From positions 3,782,001-3,846,000 of the forward strand of contig CM114271.1 in NCBI GenBank assembly GCA_050084515.1: 64,000 bases of DNA. Direction: 5' to 3'. The position numbers and the translations under genes were made by a program. The notes under the pieces were generated by a model that was not told where the DNA came from, searched no databases, and was given only the letters and a program-made list of their open reading frames with translations. This document shows positions 24,675 through 38,100 of this stretch, one piece after another (position 1 is the stretch's first letter; each line of letters begins with the position of its first letter). This DNA is from Blasia pusilla (taxonomy: Eukaryota).

Positions 24675-25782
24675 GGTGCTGAATGCAATGACCACGAACC
24701 ATAATCAACTCCTTGTTCGAATGCGGGAGTATGAAGCACAACTTGCCATAGCTCAGACAGTTCGGGTATGATCAGATTCAGCTAGTTCTTTCTTAGAAGT
24801 CTCGTCGGGCAAATAAGACCCATGGTACTCGTATACCAACTCAAGCTCTTTCAAGCTGAGAGAATATATATATATATATATATATATGCCGTCATCTTAC
24901 AAGATTTGCAAAATACCTGTCTTGTTTCTTTGAAAGCTATAACAAGATAACCGTACGATACTATGTTATATAGTGTCTAGATCAGTCTATTGTTACTGTA
25001 GGTAGTCTGTTTAGTTCAGAGAGGGGTGAGGATAGCTATCAGTCCTTTTAACTTTTTTCATTTTCATATGTTTTAGAGAGTGTTGTATCCAAGAGTACAT
25101 TCACACATATCTCATTTTATGGGGGCTGGTCCCATCTCGATGTCATCACCTACCTACAATCAAAACTTGCAATTAATTGTTTGGTCTTGTCATTGCAGTT
25201 CCAAACAGCAGTTGATTCAAATGTTCCAGTTGGGGAATCTGTCCTTAAATTTGGAAGGTTCGAGGTAGAGATGAAACATCTGGGTGATCGCCAAGCGCGA
25301 TATTTACCATACTAGATAACCAGAGAAACAGGGTATATGGATAAGAATTGAGGTTCATGCAGTCAAAGCAAGTTATTTGAGACTCGAATGTTGTTGTAGT
25401 CGGGGACAGAATATGTGATGTGTCAAGGGGTGACAAGAATTGTATCTCTCAGAAACATTATGTAACATTGACTTGATGAATGAATTCGATAGGATCTTTC
25501 TGCCACATTAAGGCCACATTTGTGTTTCTATGCTTTCCTCCTGGGTGGAATTGTCCCATGCTAGTTTTTCATGTTTCCCTTCGCCATAGTTGCAACTGGT
25601 TTAGTGCCCTGTAAAGACATAGGTATAGTTAATCTCTGCAAGTGTATTTTCTACTGTGTGGCTTGAACATATCCTGGGAATCACTGTTTCCTGATTAAGT
25701 TTAGGATTTTTCGTACTTGATGTCTTCCTGTCCCCTACCTGCTAGCACTTGAAGGTAAGAGGTTGATTTCTTTTCTCATTTG

Positions 25783-28700
25783 TCAGTTCACGGAGTGTGC
25801 ATCTGACTTGAGTATGCGATCAGCTATTTCCTGGAATGATTTCACCTCCTTCTTCCAGAGCCTGCATCACTTGGTCCATTCTTATCGTTAGAATTCTTTT
25901 CATTCATATTCTGATAATGACTAGGACCTCAAGCTAATGCCAAGCTCAGTCCAAGATACTAGCAGATGAAGACATGTGATCTAAAAAACCATTTGACAGA
26001 CTCTCTGTATTTTTTTCATGTTGTAAGAGCAACAGAGAAAGGACAATAGCGTAAGAACCAGAGAATAACCAGAATCTATCAAAACTACAACAAGTGGCAC
26101 AGGTGGGAGACATCTGGGTTTTTGAGACTGACCATGAATCTATGCCAATGGCCTGTGCACCTTTCTTGTCTGCAGTGGGATCATCTCCGACATGGACTGT
26201 TTGTCTTGCATCTACATTTAGCTGATCTGATAAACAGAGAACCGCAAAGTTTATATCACACTCAAAAATCCTGTGCCAGGTTTGATAGCACGAAAAAATA
26301 AATCGAATTCCTGGAGGACCCGTGCACAACAACAAAATTTAATCGATAGTTAACAAAAGAGGCATCGATAACAGCACATGTAGCCATTTTACTGAACAGT
26401 AGTTCACATGTGAATGGATGAAACTTTACTTACTGAGAGCCGCTTCAAAGATCTGAGGGGCAGGTTTCTCATAACCAATCTCAGATGAGACTATAATAGC
26501 ATCAAATCTGAACAGAAAACTATCCACTATGAGAGGAATCCAACAAATAATAATCTAATAACCAATGGACCTTTAAGTTGGCCATGAAGATATTCTCTTC
26601 ATGGTCGTTATATTGCATAATCAGAGAAAACAGAGTTGGCGAAAATGCAACATGAAAACAAAGTTAATTAAGCTAATGTCACAAGGCTTGATCTATTAGC
26701 TACTTTAATTGGAGAAGCCACAGTGAACATACCATGTTTCATTGGGGACAAGTTCCCATGAAAGAGTTGCATTTTCCAGACATATTAGAAGTTATAATCA
26801 CAAATTATGAAGAATACTCATGGACTTCCACCATCAAGGTTATTGATGAAATAGGAAATGGAACCTTACAAGCTAGACACCTGCAGGTCTTGTAGAACTG
26901 TCCGTAATCGAGAGTCGAAATTTGATACCACAGCAAGTTTAACTGATCCCACCCCAGAAACATTTCAGATACTATATCCACATTCATACACAAGGACTAC
27001 TATCTAGATGGGCTTTGTTCACATGTACAGTAACAGATGCTGTCGGTGTCGTGATCAGCTGGAGATTCGAACCTTTAGCAAGCGACGACTTCTTAGTTCA
27101 TGCAACCTAGTAGCATCTTTGGAGTGAAATTCAGATAAGTTCTTTAATTTCCTACCTCCAGCATCTCGCAGCTGGACCAGTGCCTCCTCAGCACCAGCAG
27201 AAACTCTCCATGCATCTCCCTTTGCAAAGTGCTGGTTTCAGCACATCACATCATCACCAAGACTGTTAGCTACTACGTGCCGATTCATCTTTGTCTTGAT
27301 ATGCCTAATTGCTCTCAAGAATCTGTGAGTAGATACCCTCACAAACACATTGCCATATAGGTGGGAACCAACAGTAGGTAAGTAGGTAATGGTTTCTGTA
27401 GTTGTAATCAGTTTTGAGATTCGAGTATGCTCTCTGAAGTTTGTCTCCTTCGCTACTGTCTCTGTAGCGACACATATTAGCTTTGCAGTTTGCCATGATC
27501 ATTTTGTTTCCAACAGGTTTGACATCTTTCTAGAGGAGGATGAGTTCAACACACTTGAGGACACGAGCAGTGAGGGGATTATGCCACCATTACCTGGTAC
27601 AATTCCTCAAAGTAGGTCTCATTGCTACAACCGGTTGCCATTGCCACAGCATATCTCCAAAAAGGCCTTCCATCTCCCTGAAAATGAAACCCACATGGCA
27701 TGTATAATCATGGAATAAAACTAGGAAACTGGCAGGCCAAGAACTCTTTTTGAACTTAGCTGTGCAGACATTTTTTCGAGCCACATATCTCTTGAGCGGT
27801 TCATGGCACCGATGTGATCAGGACAAAGAAGATGAGAGTGATGTTGCACCTCATAACGTAGTCGTTCAGGCCATGGCTCAGCAAAAGCTTTCTTAAAGCC
27901 CTTCTTGATATCATCTGGTGTGGTCTTCACACCTGCACCCAGGCACACCCCTTAGCTCCACTGCCCAGAAGTTTCTGCTACGTGCAGAGTCAGAACAACT
28001 TGTCGCATTCCCATGGCTACAAGTGTTAACACCCGTGCATCACAAACTGCTGAACTCATAAAAACTCCCGCCCATTTGTTGGTGTCTTCAAACCAAAGAC
28101 AAGAAGCCAGGAGGTCAATTTTGAGAGAAAGAGGTCATAACACTCAGGGGAAACAGACTGTGAATTCCAGCTTTCTTACAACGCTTTCTAGTCAGTCAGA
28201 TCTCGGACTCTGGAATTCTGCTCTTGAAGCTTATGATAGCAAGCACTGCTGAATGTAAACATGTCTCCTAACAAAGTTTCAGAGAGGATTCACTTCCAAG
28301 TTATGCGGGCAATGAATTCAGTCAGCCACTCTCAACTCCATGCTCACAAGAACATTGGCTCACTAAAGCACGGAGAGAACCATGACAAGTACCATACTTC
28401 ACCCCGATGGCAGCATAAATATCCGCAACTGGTTTGGATGTCTCCAGCAAAGTGCCTCCCACGTCCACCAACAAGGCTCCGTAAGCCGGCCCACCTTCAA
28501 AATCAGCACCAGAGACCAAGAATATGCTGCAAAGTGAAAAGAAATTGAGCGCAGGACACCCTAGACCCTTCATTCTCTCCATCCACCTCAGAAACCCAAA
28601 TTTGACGAATACGAGACCTTACAGCTTGTACTTATTCTATGGTATTGTTTATCGATCACCCAGCAGGCGGTCCCAATCATCTCAGCATTGGAGAAATTGC

Positions 28701-30219
28701 AAGGTCAAACGAATCAGTTTTATACAGTTTCCAGGTAAGAAGGTCATCTGTGAGATTTTAGACCCCATCATTGAGTGCTTTGATCTCCTTCCGATGACCC
28801 ATACGTGAAAGAAAGCAGCACTTCAACGCTTAAAATCGATTGACATTGCACAATCTCGTGGCTGAATGCAAGAAAACTACCCAACAATGCACAGCAATTC
28901 CACCCAAGAGTGAGGCATTCCCCCACCTTCAGAACCACTCCGCTCACCAAGAACTAGTAGGCTCCCTCAGATTGCCAAGGACTTTTCCTTATCAACTTCA
29001 TCGAACATCTTGGAAAATGTTGAACAGAAAGAAAAGAAGAGAGAGACTGTGCTCATGAAGTAGTGCCTGTCGTAGCCTTGCGACCATAGACCCCGCGCCC
29101 TGGTTGGACGGTGCTTGAGACTGGGATGGGTGTAGAGAGAGAAGCAAGTGAAGAAGGTACCATATAAGAGGAGGGAGACACTCTCATATAGTGTGAGTGC
29201 TGACCAAACAACGTGTTTGTGCGGAGCTTCCAAGTGTCAACCAAGAAACTCTTCACCACACCATCTACTTTACCTGATTGGGATCCCCAATAGACATTAC
29301 TTACCAGTGCAGCAGCTTTGGGCAATGAATCAAGGCTACTAAATGTGTTGAACAATTCTCGTGTTACCAGCTTAGCAATATCAGCATCTGCTCTTGCTCT
29401 GTGTGTTGTGAATTTTGCGCAGGAGACCAAGTAATGACTTGATGTTTCATCCCCATCGTCACACAAGGCGCAAGAGTTTAGTTGTGTTCCCATCCTGCTT
29501 TTCTTATGGTTCAATGGGATTGCCCCCCGTTCTGAACTTGAACTTGAGCCGGGTTCCCAAGCAAGGGGTTCCCCGCAAATAGTTCTTCAGTTCTGCCTTC
29601 TCAGGATATACCGTCAAAAGAGAGAGGTCAGACATTTTCATGGCTTCCTCCATGCTGTTCTGCTGTGAGCGTTTGCCCACTGCTTTGGTTATGGTATCCA
29701 CGAATGCTTTCTCATCTTGTTCCCACAGTTCAGGCCCTGCTGGGAGCTTGGATGCTTGCACAATCTCTTGAACCTTTTTCGTCCAAGATTTGGCCTGCTT
29801 TACGGGTCTTCTTTGGGTCCAAGTTTTCCCCATCACCTCTTTAGGATAGCGATGGGAGTCCATTGTCTCCAGCTGCCTCCACCATTTCAACTTGGCGATG
29901 TCACGTCTAGCCTCCAAGGGTTCCACACCAAGTTCTCATCTCACACCAACTCGGGCTGTTCGTGAGGAAGTTGACATCATACCCCGAAACGCCTTCCGCT
30001 GCACAGCTTCAAGCCTGTCCCTTTGTTTGGTGTTGGCATCCCACACTGCTGCCCCATATTCCCAAGAAGAGAGAGAGAGAGAGAGAGAGAATGTTCACCT
30101 GAAGCACGTGCACACTGAGTTGCGGGCCTGAGGGCGGATCGGAGCAGGCACGAAGATCGATGGGAGGGTGTGCGGCATGACTGCTTCAGAAACAAGGCTC
30201 TGGATGATAGAAGCGCCAT
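25783..30219 (-). CDS. HAD-superfamily hydrolase, HDHD3-like, with N-terminal organellar transit-like peptide (9 exons)
   Basis: Motif I LLVDVGGTL (about 28440-28475), AFAEPWPERLRYE, GDGRPFW, motif II VVSNFDSRL, III EIGYEKPAPQIF, IV VHVGDD...DKKGA. Exon 1 is 30099-30219 and the stop is at 25783-25785. Confidence 0.92.
29046..30065 (-). mobile_element. 5'-truncated non-LTR retrotransposon (RTE-X-like ORF2 C-terminus) in intron 1 of the HAD gene
   Basis: EYGAAVWDAN...RLEAVQRKAFR...ELGVEPLEARRDIAKLKWW thumb-like region, then LKFKFRTG and a CALC...ETSSHYLVSC zinc-finger-like motif, with stops. It begins abruptly next to (GA)n at 30066-30090. The clade call is tentative. Confidence 0.82.
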
Positions 30220-30249
30220 CTTAACGACGACCCTCACCTTCAAATCACT

Positions 30250-30388
30250 GAGATGGACCCCCACACACTATCCTGATTCAACTGCAGCAACAAGTGCAAG
30301 CGACAATAAGTAAATGGATGGCGAGAACCGGAGACTTGAGATGAACCCCAACACGCTATCGTGATTCAACTGCAGCAACAAGTGCAAG
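30250..30388. repeat. Direct duplication (about 51 bp, 88-bp period) upstream of the HAD start codon
   Basis: gagatg.acccc.acac.ctatc.tgattcaactgcagcaacaagtgcaag at 30250 and 30338. Confidence 0.8.
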
Positions 30389-31230
30389 GGAAAGTAAATC
30401 GAAGGAAGGATGGAAAGGAGCAGAGACCTGTTAGTCACTGGGACTACATTTTGGGTAACACTGGTTTCTACTGCTGAATATGGAATCAATCACGAAAACT
30501 ATCCACTCGCTCCAACGTCAGTGTGGGCATGTATGCTAGTCCATGACTCACAGAGATGGACAACGTGAAACAGCTACTGCAAGAAAAGGTAGAAAATGTC
30601 ATCTTTGATGGCTGGTCTTTATGCAATCTTGGGCTGCGATGTACCTCGTGTCAGCAGACTTCCAGAACTAACGAATCGCTTGCATTCCCCATATCCAAAC
30701 TTCCTTCCTCCGTATTTGAGACACTGCATTCGTCATCTAAATCCTGAGCTGAAACCAGAACCGAGTGCTACTACGAGAGGGGAGTGTTGTCAGGGTGGAG
30801 TTGCGATGGTACTGTTGTAACTGTTCTTCAGTTCTTCAGTTCTTGGGCAGATTCGATGAAATCCTTGATTTCAACCTCTTACACTCAAGAGGGACTTGTT
30901 GGGATCAGGCAAATCGAGATAGCTTCCATGTCCTGACTCGAATGGGCATTTGAAGTATGAAATGAAAAAGCCTGCCACTTAAAAAACCCACCATCATAAT
31001 CGGTAGGGCTACATGTTAAGCATCGAAGTTTGTCATTATGGTTTATGGTTTATAATAAGTGAACCTTAAAGTGATTATTGGGGCTCGTTGCAATCATCGA
31101 AGTTTCTTGTCGTGCTTCATTATACTTGATCCTTTTCAAAATCGAAGGGGCTAGATGTAATCCTCGAAGTTTGTTGATCCCCTTCATCGTTCTTCATCCT
31201 TCCAAATATCTGGTAGTAATATGAAAACTT

Positions 31231-31612
31231 CAAGGTTTGTTGTGATACTCCATGAAACTTGGACCTTTTAGAAACATTATTATGTTTCCATGTCCTCATT
31301 CGAGAGTCTTTGTCAAGCTTCGTTGTGATACTTCATGAAACTTGAACCTTTTGGAAACCTTGTTATTTTCCATGTCCTCATTCCAGAGTAGTAGTCAAGG
31401 TTTGCTATGGTACTTCATGAAACTTGAACCTTTTAGAAGACTAGTTGTGTTTCCATGTCCTCATTCAAGAGTACTGGTCAAGGTTTCTTGTGATACTTCA
31501 TGAAACTTTCTCCTTATAGAAGACTTATTATTCTTCCATGTGGTCATTCGAGAGTACTGGTCAAGGTTTGTTGTGATACGTCATGAAGTTTCAGCCTTTT
31601 AGAAGACTTGTA
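31231..31612. repeat. Minisatellite, about 83-bp unit, about 4.5 copies
   Basis: Recurrent caaggtttgttgtgatacttcatgaaacttgaaccttttagaa...ttccatgtcctcattcgagagta. Confidence 0.9.
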
Positions 31613-33524
31613 CTAGTCTTCTAAAAGAGATACCCTTCATGTTGTTTTTTTCCCACAGCACCATCAAATCAGATCATAAGTCCACGCATATATTCTTAGG
31701 GCAGTCCCACCAGAACTCAGTATTCTACTTTGGAGATATGAGCTCTATTGTCATGCCCTACTTCTTCCATTCGAGTATGTCCAGCATCTTTGGGCCTTTT
31801 CTGCAGTTACAAAACATTGTACTGCTTCTTGGCAACGCTCAAAGATTTCTGAGGCACAATCCATACTCATGGGTTATTCCAGCTTACCAAGTGTGACAGA
31901 CCAGGAATCTACATGGAATCCTCACCAGAATCATGCAAACTCCAATTTCTTCAGATCTGCTGCTGAAGGAAGCTCCAACGATCATACAATACTGAAGCCA
32001 ACAAAGCTATCTAGCTTCAACCATTCATTCATTCGAGTTCACTCCTTCTGCATTTCAGATCAGAATTCAGCACTAGAATTCTTGTGTAGACAGTGTTGGT
32101 ATCAGTAATATGGTACAACCATATTACTGAAACGTATGAACAGTTAAAGGTTCACTATGTCTGTGGCTGCATATTTGATCTTCATCACTTCATCTGAAGA
32201 GAGATGTTTTTGCCATTCTGCAATTGTGAGTATTCTCCCTCTACCGATTTTTGTATCACCCTATAACTCTAACATGACATGAGAGGACTCAGCAGATTTT
32301 AGGTTAAGTGGGAGGTCTAGAATTCTTGCGCCAACACCAGATTATTGATTTATGAGTGTGAACAAAGAAAGGTTATCTTCGAAAGACACGACTACTCTTC
32401 ATGTAGTCTCTTTCGAACATTGAAACTTTCGAACTATTGCCTGTTTCGAACATTGACGCAGCGATGAAAATCGTGGCTATATCCTTCGATTCCTGAATCG
32501 AGAGACTTGATTTCTGTCTAGAAACACATTCAGCTGATTATTCTCCTCTCCAGACTGCTCTCAGTCCCTTCATGTGGATGGTGAGCACTCCCAATATATG
32601 ACAGAGTCTCCATCTTCTCCCTACTTTCTTCACACCCTCCCTCTGCTCTCATCCTCAATCTCTACGAGCACCGTCCTAACCACGAGGCTATGGCAGCCAC
32701 TACTTAATGGGTAAAGCCCCTATACCATCCTTTGATTCTGGTGTTCGAGCCATAGCAGATCTAGTTCATATGTTTAACAACAATTCCAATCCATGCGAGA
32801 CTCCGAGCTAAACATCAAAATATACCCTAGAACCACACCACTGCCATGTTTCCATTCAGTTTCACCTCAGGAATTGCCATTCAGATTGCAAGCAAGCCAC
32901 CACCATAGCTCACACTCAAAAGTGGATACCTACCTGAAGAGAAATAACTATTGGCTCAGCACCAGTACGCTTGGTCCACACCACATAGGATTGCGCTCAT
33001 CATCCTCCGCCATTAAAACAGTCTTCTACCAGAACTATTGTACAACCCAGTCATGCAGCTACGGATGAAGGAAACTGACAAACAAGGTCCTAAGTCTACA
33101 CTCCAAAACTGAGGCCACGAAATTCTTCTTGAGGTTCCAAAGCTTCGCCAAGCTGCTGAACTGCACCCGAATTCAACATATCGATACCACTCGTACGCTG
33201 CTCCAGAGTTTAGGTGTGAAGGCGAATCGAGTAATCCAGCCCTCTCAAAAGTAGCATAACCACCACCTTCCCACAAACTACTCAAGAATCGTCCTGTCAC
33301 TCGACGAACACACGAAAATCCTCCGCGAAAACACGACTGTACAAAGTTGAACTATCTGCAGAATCGAACCATGTGGGCACGATTCCAACTTCTTTTGAGC
33401 CGTTGAGGAGAACAACTGCCATGGAGTTCAGAAGGTAGCCAGAAAAAATCATCTAGATTATGTAGTCAAGAGTGCTAGAGCGGCCAAGATGACAACGATT
33501 TCGAATGGGAGACAGGCCTGGGAA

Positions 33525-34007
33525 TCAGCGCTGGGGTCCTCGAAGGATGGGAATGTCGGAGAAATCTGCGTACTTGAAAATGAGGTAAACATAGCCTCCA
33601 CCGAAGATAGCAAGGCAGACCAGGAGCACCGAAAACCAAAGAACACTTCCGAATTGCTTACCCAGTTCTGCTTCTATCCCCTCCATGATCCCGCCATCAT
33701 CATCATCATCAACTCCTGCACTACTCTTTCGATTCTCATCGGAGCCCACCGCTTCTTCTCTTCCATTCCCCTGCTTATTCCTCACCCGCATCCTGTGGGC
33801 ATGTGATCGCCTTCTCCCCAAACGCAGCGCATGATCTGCATACCCTCGTCCCTGCCATGTCCGAACCTGTCTGCGATTCTTCGTTAGATCTGCTTGCCTA
33901 CAACTCTTCGACACATCTGCTGCTGCTACTGGTCCTCCTGCAACCACAAAGCCTTGAAGGCGGATGTCGAGAGCTGGTGGCTTGTGAATACCCAGAGACA
34001 TAACCAT
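33525..34007 (-). CDS. Putative single-exon 160-aa protein with basic transit-peptide-like N-terminus, acidic linker and C-terminal transmembrane helix
   Basis: Open 160-codon frame with an R/S/A-rich first half, a DDDDD tract and the hydrophobic segment VLWFSVLLVCLAIFGGGYVYLIF. No family recognised. Confidence 0.6.
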   Translation of the reverse strand: MVMSLGIHKPPALDIRLQGFVVAGGPVAAADVSKSCRQADLTKNRRQVRTWQGRGYADHALRLGRRRSHAHRMRVRNKQGNGREEAVGSDENRKSSAGVDDDDDGGIMEGIEAELGKQFGSVLWFSVLLVCLAIFGGGYVYLIFKYADFSDIPILRGPQR

Positions 34008-34843
34008 CGCTGATGCTCGTCACATTCACAGCGCTGCTGCTGCTCTCTTCCTTCCGATGCAAAGTCACCTTTCCATCGATCCCTTCGGCTCAATCCATGA
34101 AAGCCTCCACACGCTCTGCTCTATTCTGCTCTCTCTCGCTCTCTCTCCTTGAAGCTGGACCTCACATTGCAAATCTGGATGTCGTGGGTTATGACTTAGC
34201 ATCTATCCATTCCACGTTTGGCCATGGCTAGGGTAGGCTTACTTGTGAAAGCCACCATTGTGAGTGCTGATTGTTGGAGAAGATGAGAAAACACTATTGG
34301 CGATGGAAAGACTCACTCCTCTATCGTTTCCAGATTCGTTACCAGCTATGAATGCACACCTACACCCCCTTTTCGCATGGGGAGTTTTAATGGAATCCCA
34401 TGTTTTCTGGACATGCCCAATTCGCTATGGAAACCTTGGGAAAGGAAGAAGAGTGTGTGTGGTTGGTTCAACGAATTTTAATCGGAAATAGAACTCGGAG
34501 TGGCGAGTTAGAACATTTCGAAAAGGTCCCAAACCATGCGAGATTTTCCATGGACACGCTGCAATGAAGCTGAGGACGAATTCTAATTCCTCGATGGCTC
34601 GTTCGATTGGGCAACCACCACCACTCTTTTGTGAGCATTATTGTACAATCACCGTTCCAAAATTACGGTCTTGGCTATAGAAGTTCACTGCCTACTGTCT
34701 GCTATCGACTCCGCTGAGGGCCTTCTCGATCTCCCATTCATGCTCAGCTCAGCATGTTCACGGTCATTCATCCTTGCAGTCTTCGTAACAACACATCAAG
34801 AGCTGAAACCCTCGAACTTCCCTCCTAAACTTGCTCGTGTCAA

Positions 34844-34984
34844 TGTGAACCCTCGACTTCGATGGCCGAAGTTGAGGAGTAAGAATATGGCATGTGAACC
34901 CTTGACTTCGATGGCCGAAGTTGAGGAGTAAGAATATGGCATGTGAACCCTTGACTTCGATGGCCGAAGTTGAGGAGTAAGAAT
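34844..34984. repeat. Tandem repeat, 49-bp unit, about 2.9 copies, 3' of the CTL gene stop
   Basis: tgtgaaccct(c/t)gacttcgatggccgaagttgaggagtaagaat(atggca) three times, nearly identical. Confidence 0.92.
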
Positions 34985-35165
34985 TGGGAGCACTTGTCTA
35001 AAGTACATACTGATTGAGGAAAATTTTGATTTTGATAGTTGCAGACGGGCCCCTTCCGTCAAGAAACAAAAATGAGAAAAGAGAAACCCTTCAATTTGTG
35101 CAGAGGTCAAAAAATGTATGGACACGTTTGATGAGAAAAGTGCCGATTCCGAGTTATCTGTAGCT

Positions 35166-38100
35166 TTACCCGTGTGCTCTGCGTTCTTCCTCATGTCGGG
35201 CATGTCTGGCGAGAGTATCCATGAGGAGAGGGGGTGCGTAACGGGCTGTTCCATCGTTCTCCTCACAATCGATGCAGAACGACAGTAGAATGGTATCGAT
35301 GGCCATCTCCACCACCCCAAAGAACATGGAAGCTATAACGTATCCAAAGAGCCAGCAAAACTGCCCACACAAAGGCAAAACAGCCGCTGACAGTGAGTTT
35401 CAGACACACACAAGCACATGATGCATCACATCTTCAGATCCTCAGCTGTTCAGATGAAGCTATAAGCTATGAGAGGTGATCGAAGAAATAAAGACCCTAA
35501 AGAGTACATTCCCCTCACTTCCATAGCTTTCAGTACAAAAAGCTCCGCAGATTCAAGCAAAAGAGAGAAATGGGGAGTAGGCATAGCAACGGGTGACGAT
35601 GACCTACCAGGACAGGAAACAGTGGCGAAGAGATTTTTTTAGATCCTGAATTGTAGACGTGCTGGTCCAGCATGAGGAAGGCGAAAAACGCGCATGCCAG
35701 ACTCACAGAAAGCTTCCCCAAGAACAAAACGATATCTCCAACGATGTTCACAGCTCCTACCCTCAATATGTTGTTGATGATCAACCCAGAAGCCTTTGCG
35801 GCAGCTCCGAAGAACCCTTTACCTTTGATAGCAATCTGCAACAAAGAAAGAAGAAAGCATTCGTGTGACCGCGTAAATGAAACTCAGCTGAGGGCAGAAT
35901 AATATCACACTAGAAGTGCTCATTTTGCACAGAAAGCCAAACGTACAAGATAATCTTGCACCTGTTGAAATGCAATCTTTAGTTCGAAACAAATCGAAAT
36001 CCAGACCATCTAGTCACGAGTAGCAAGAGATTACTAGTTGCATATCCATAGTCGCAAGTGAGAGCGTACCACTATATAAGCGTTTCTGTTGATGAATTTG
36101 ATTGTCCATTCGATACAGCCCAAACAACACTGTGCACAACAGCATAATATCGTGACCAAGCAACCACCAGGAGCCATCTCTGCTGCTTTGATCTTCTTGC
36201 GGATGGCGTCCAGGATGAAACGCACCATCTGAATTACAGCTACCAGAAACGAGCCCACTGCCATAGAACCCAAACTATAACGGACGAGTCGTTTGGCAGA
36301 TGAGAGAACGGGAAAAGTCGGCAGGAGCTGCAATCCAACCAGACCAAATTTGAGAATCCAGGGATATTGGCAAAACATAGATGGTGTGGGTAGCAAATTA
36401 CCTAAGACCTACACGATTCTCCATCTTCCGCTCATCCCAAAATGCCAAGAAAGTCGAAACTACGATTCAGGTCCTCAGCCCACACATACAATAAGCATTG
36501 CAGCAGTATGTTCCTTTTCATGGTTCATTGAGGTATATCAGCTCATTCGATACACTGAGCTGACTGCTGACCAAGTGCATCATGACTAAGATTGCAGTGG
36601 AGCTTACAGATCTGTCACCGCGAACCCAGTAGTAAGACACTACTGCACCAGCGATTATGGTAAGCGAGCATGCGATGATAAACTGAGTTGTCCAGAAGCC
36701 CCCAAATATGTGAAACAAGATAGCCCATACGATGTTTTTGCTGTGGTGAAACTCATATCCACAACAGCCACCACAAGTTACATTTTGTGTTTGGAGGTCA
36801 TAAGCACAGCACCCATTGTTGCATGTATTTTGTGTTATCTCGCCTGCACTGAAGAGGTACAGGAGCACTGCCGTCCAGTAGATGAAAAACATGACCATAA
36901 GAAAAGCTGGGATGATTGGGTAGATCATAAGCGATGGAATCGCTCCGATTGCCTTCGCAGCTACCTGCACATGCAATGATTGACAATTTTGTGACAGTTC
37001 TGTCGCCCACTGACCTTCCCATCTCTGTAAACTAAAGTCTAGCCTTGGACTGGCACAATTCTCTGCATCTCTTTTTGAGCACAAACAAACTTGCTTGCAA
37101 AGAACTCTCAAGCCCATTGTTTTCAGATGCCTGTTTTATTTTGACGCTGTGTTCATTCATATACAGACCCACAGCACTAAATGAACTTTTCTTACATTCA
37201 ACGAGAGGAAGTGATCAGATTAGATCGTAAACTAGAGCTCTTTCGGATGTAGATAGGAAGAGGTTCACTCACCTTGACGACGGCCACCGCAATGAAGACA
37301 CGCTTGATGAGCACCAAGGTGACAAGGACTACTATCACGGCGATGACTGTCATGATAACGGCCACGATCTTCAAGTGATTTTGCATCTGCAAGAGCAACG
37401 ATGGTGATGAGACTCAAAAGGGGAAGTCTAGATTACCATTGGTGCTCGCGAATTTCTTTCTAGTTACTCAATTGACGATCATCTGCAACGCTCTTCAGAA
37501 ACGCTACTCCAACATCCAGACATAGGAATTCGGCTACCCGCTCCACCCCGTTCGATCTGAGTGTCATTCTTGTAACCCACAAAAGGGTGAAGAGTATTGA
37601 CGAAGCTTTAACTGAATTTCCCTTTGCCATACATTGTGTCACTTCGGATCTATGCCATAGTCTTTATGTCTAAGATGTGGTTTATCAACTGACTCACAGA
37701 GTGCGATGTCTCGAGTGCGAGTGAATCGACAGCACCACTACCAATAACAGCGGAAATGGCATTGGTCCCGATCCACCCAGCTGCACAAAACCAGGCAAAC
37801 CTGCACTTCAGTTTCCAGAGAACCCAAACCGCAACAGGCACCCGAACATCCACATACTTATGCCACTCATTGATGGATGCATAAGAACTAATTTCCTGGT
37901 GCACACGAGAGGATTCGTACCTTTCACATAGAAGTAAACAGTTACAGCGATGGTGGCAAAGTTCAGCACAATGATGCTGATCCAGGTGATAACCCCAACG
38001 AAGAGGCGAACAAGGATCAGCCATGTCATGGACAAAATCAAAGGCACAATTCCTCCACATACCACTAGCACGGGCCAGGCATTTCCAAGATCTGCGACAT

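Noticed and set aside
31231-31612. CRISPR-like array (also considered for 34844-34984 and 11590-12705)
   Set aside because: Whole units repeat with no unique spacers, there are no cas genes, and the context is eukaryotic; these are ordinary minisatellites.
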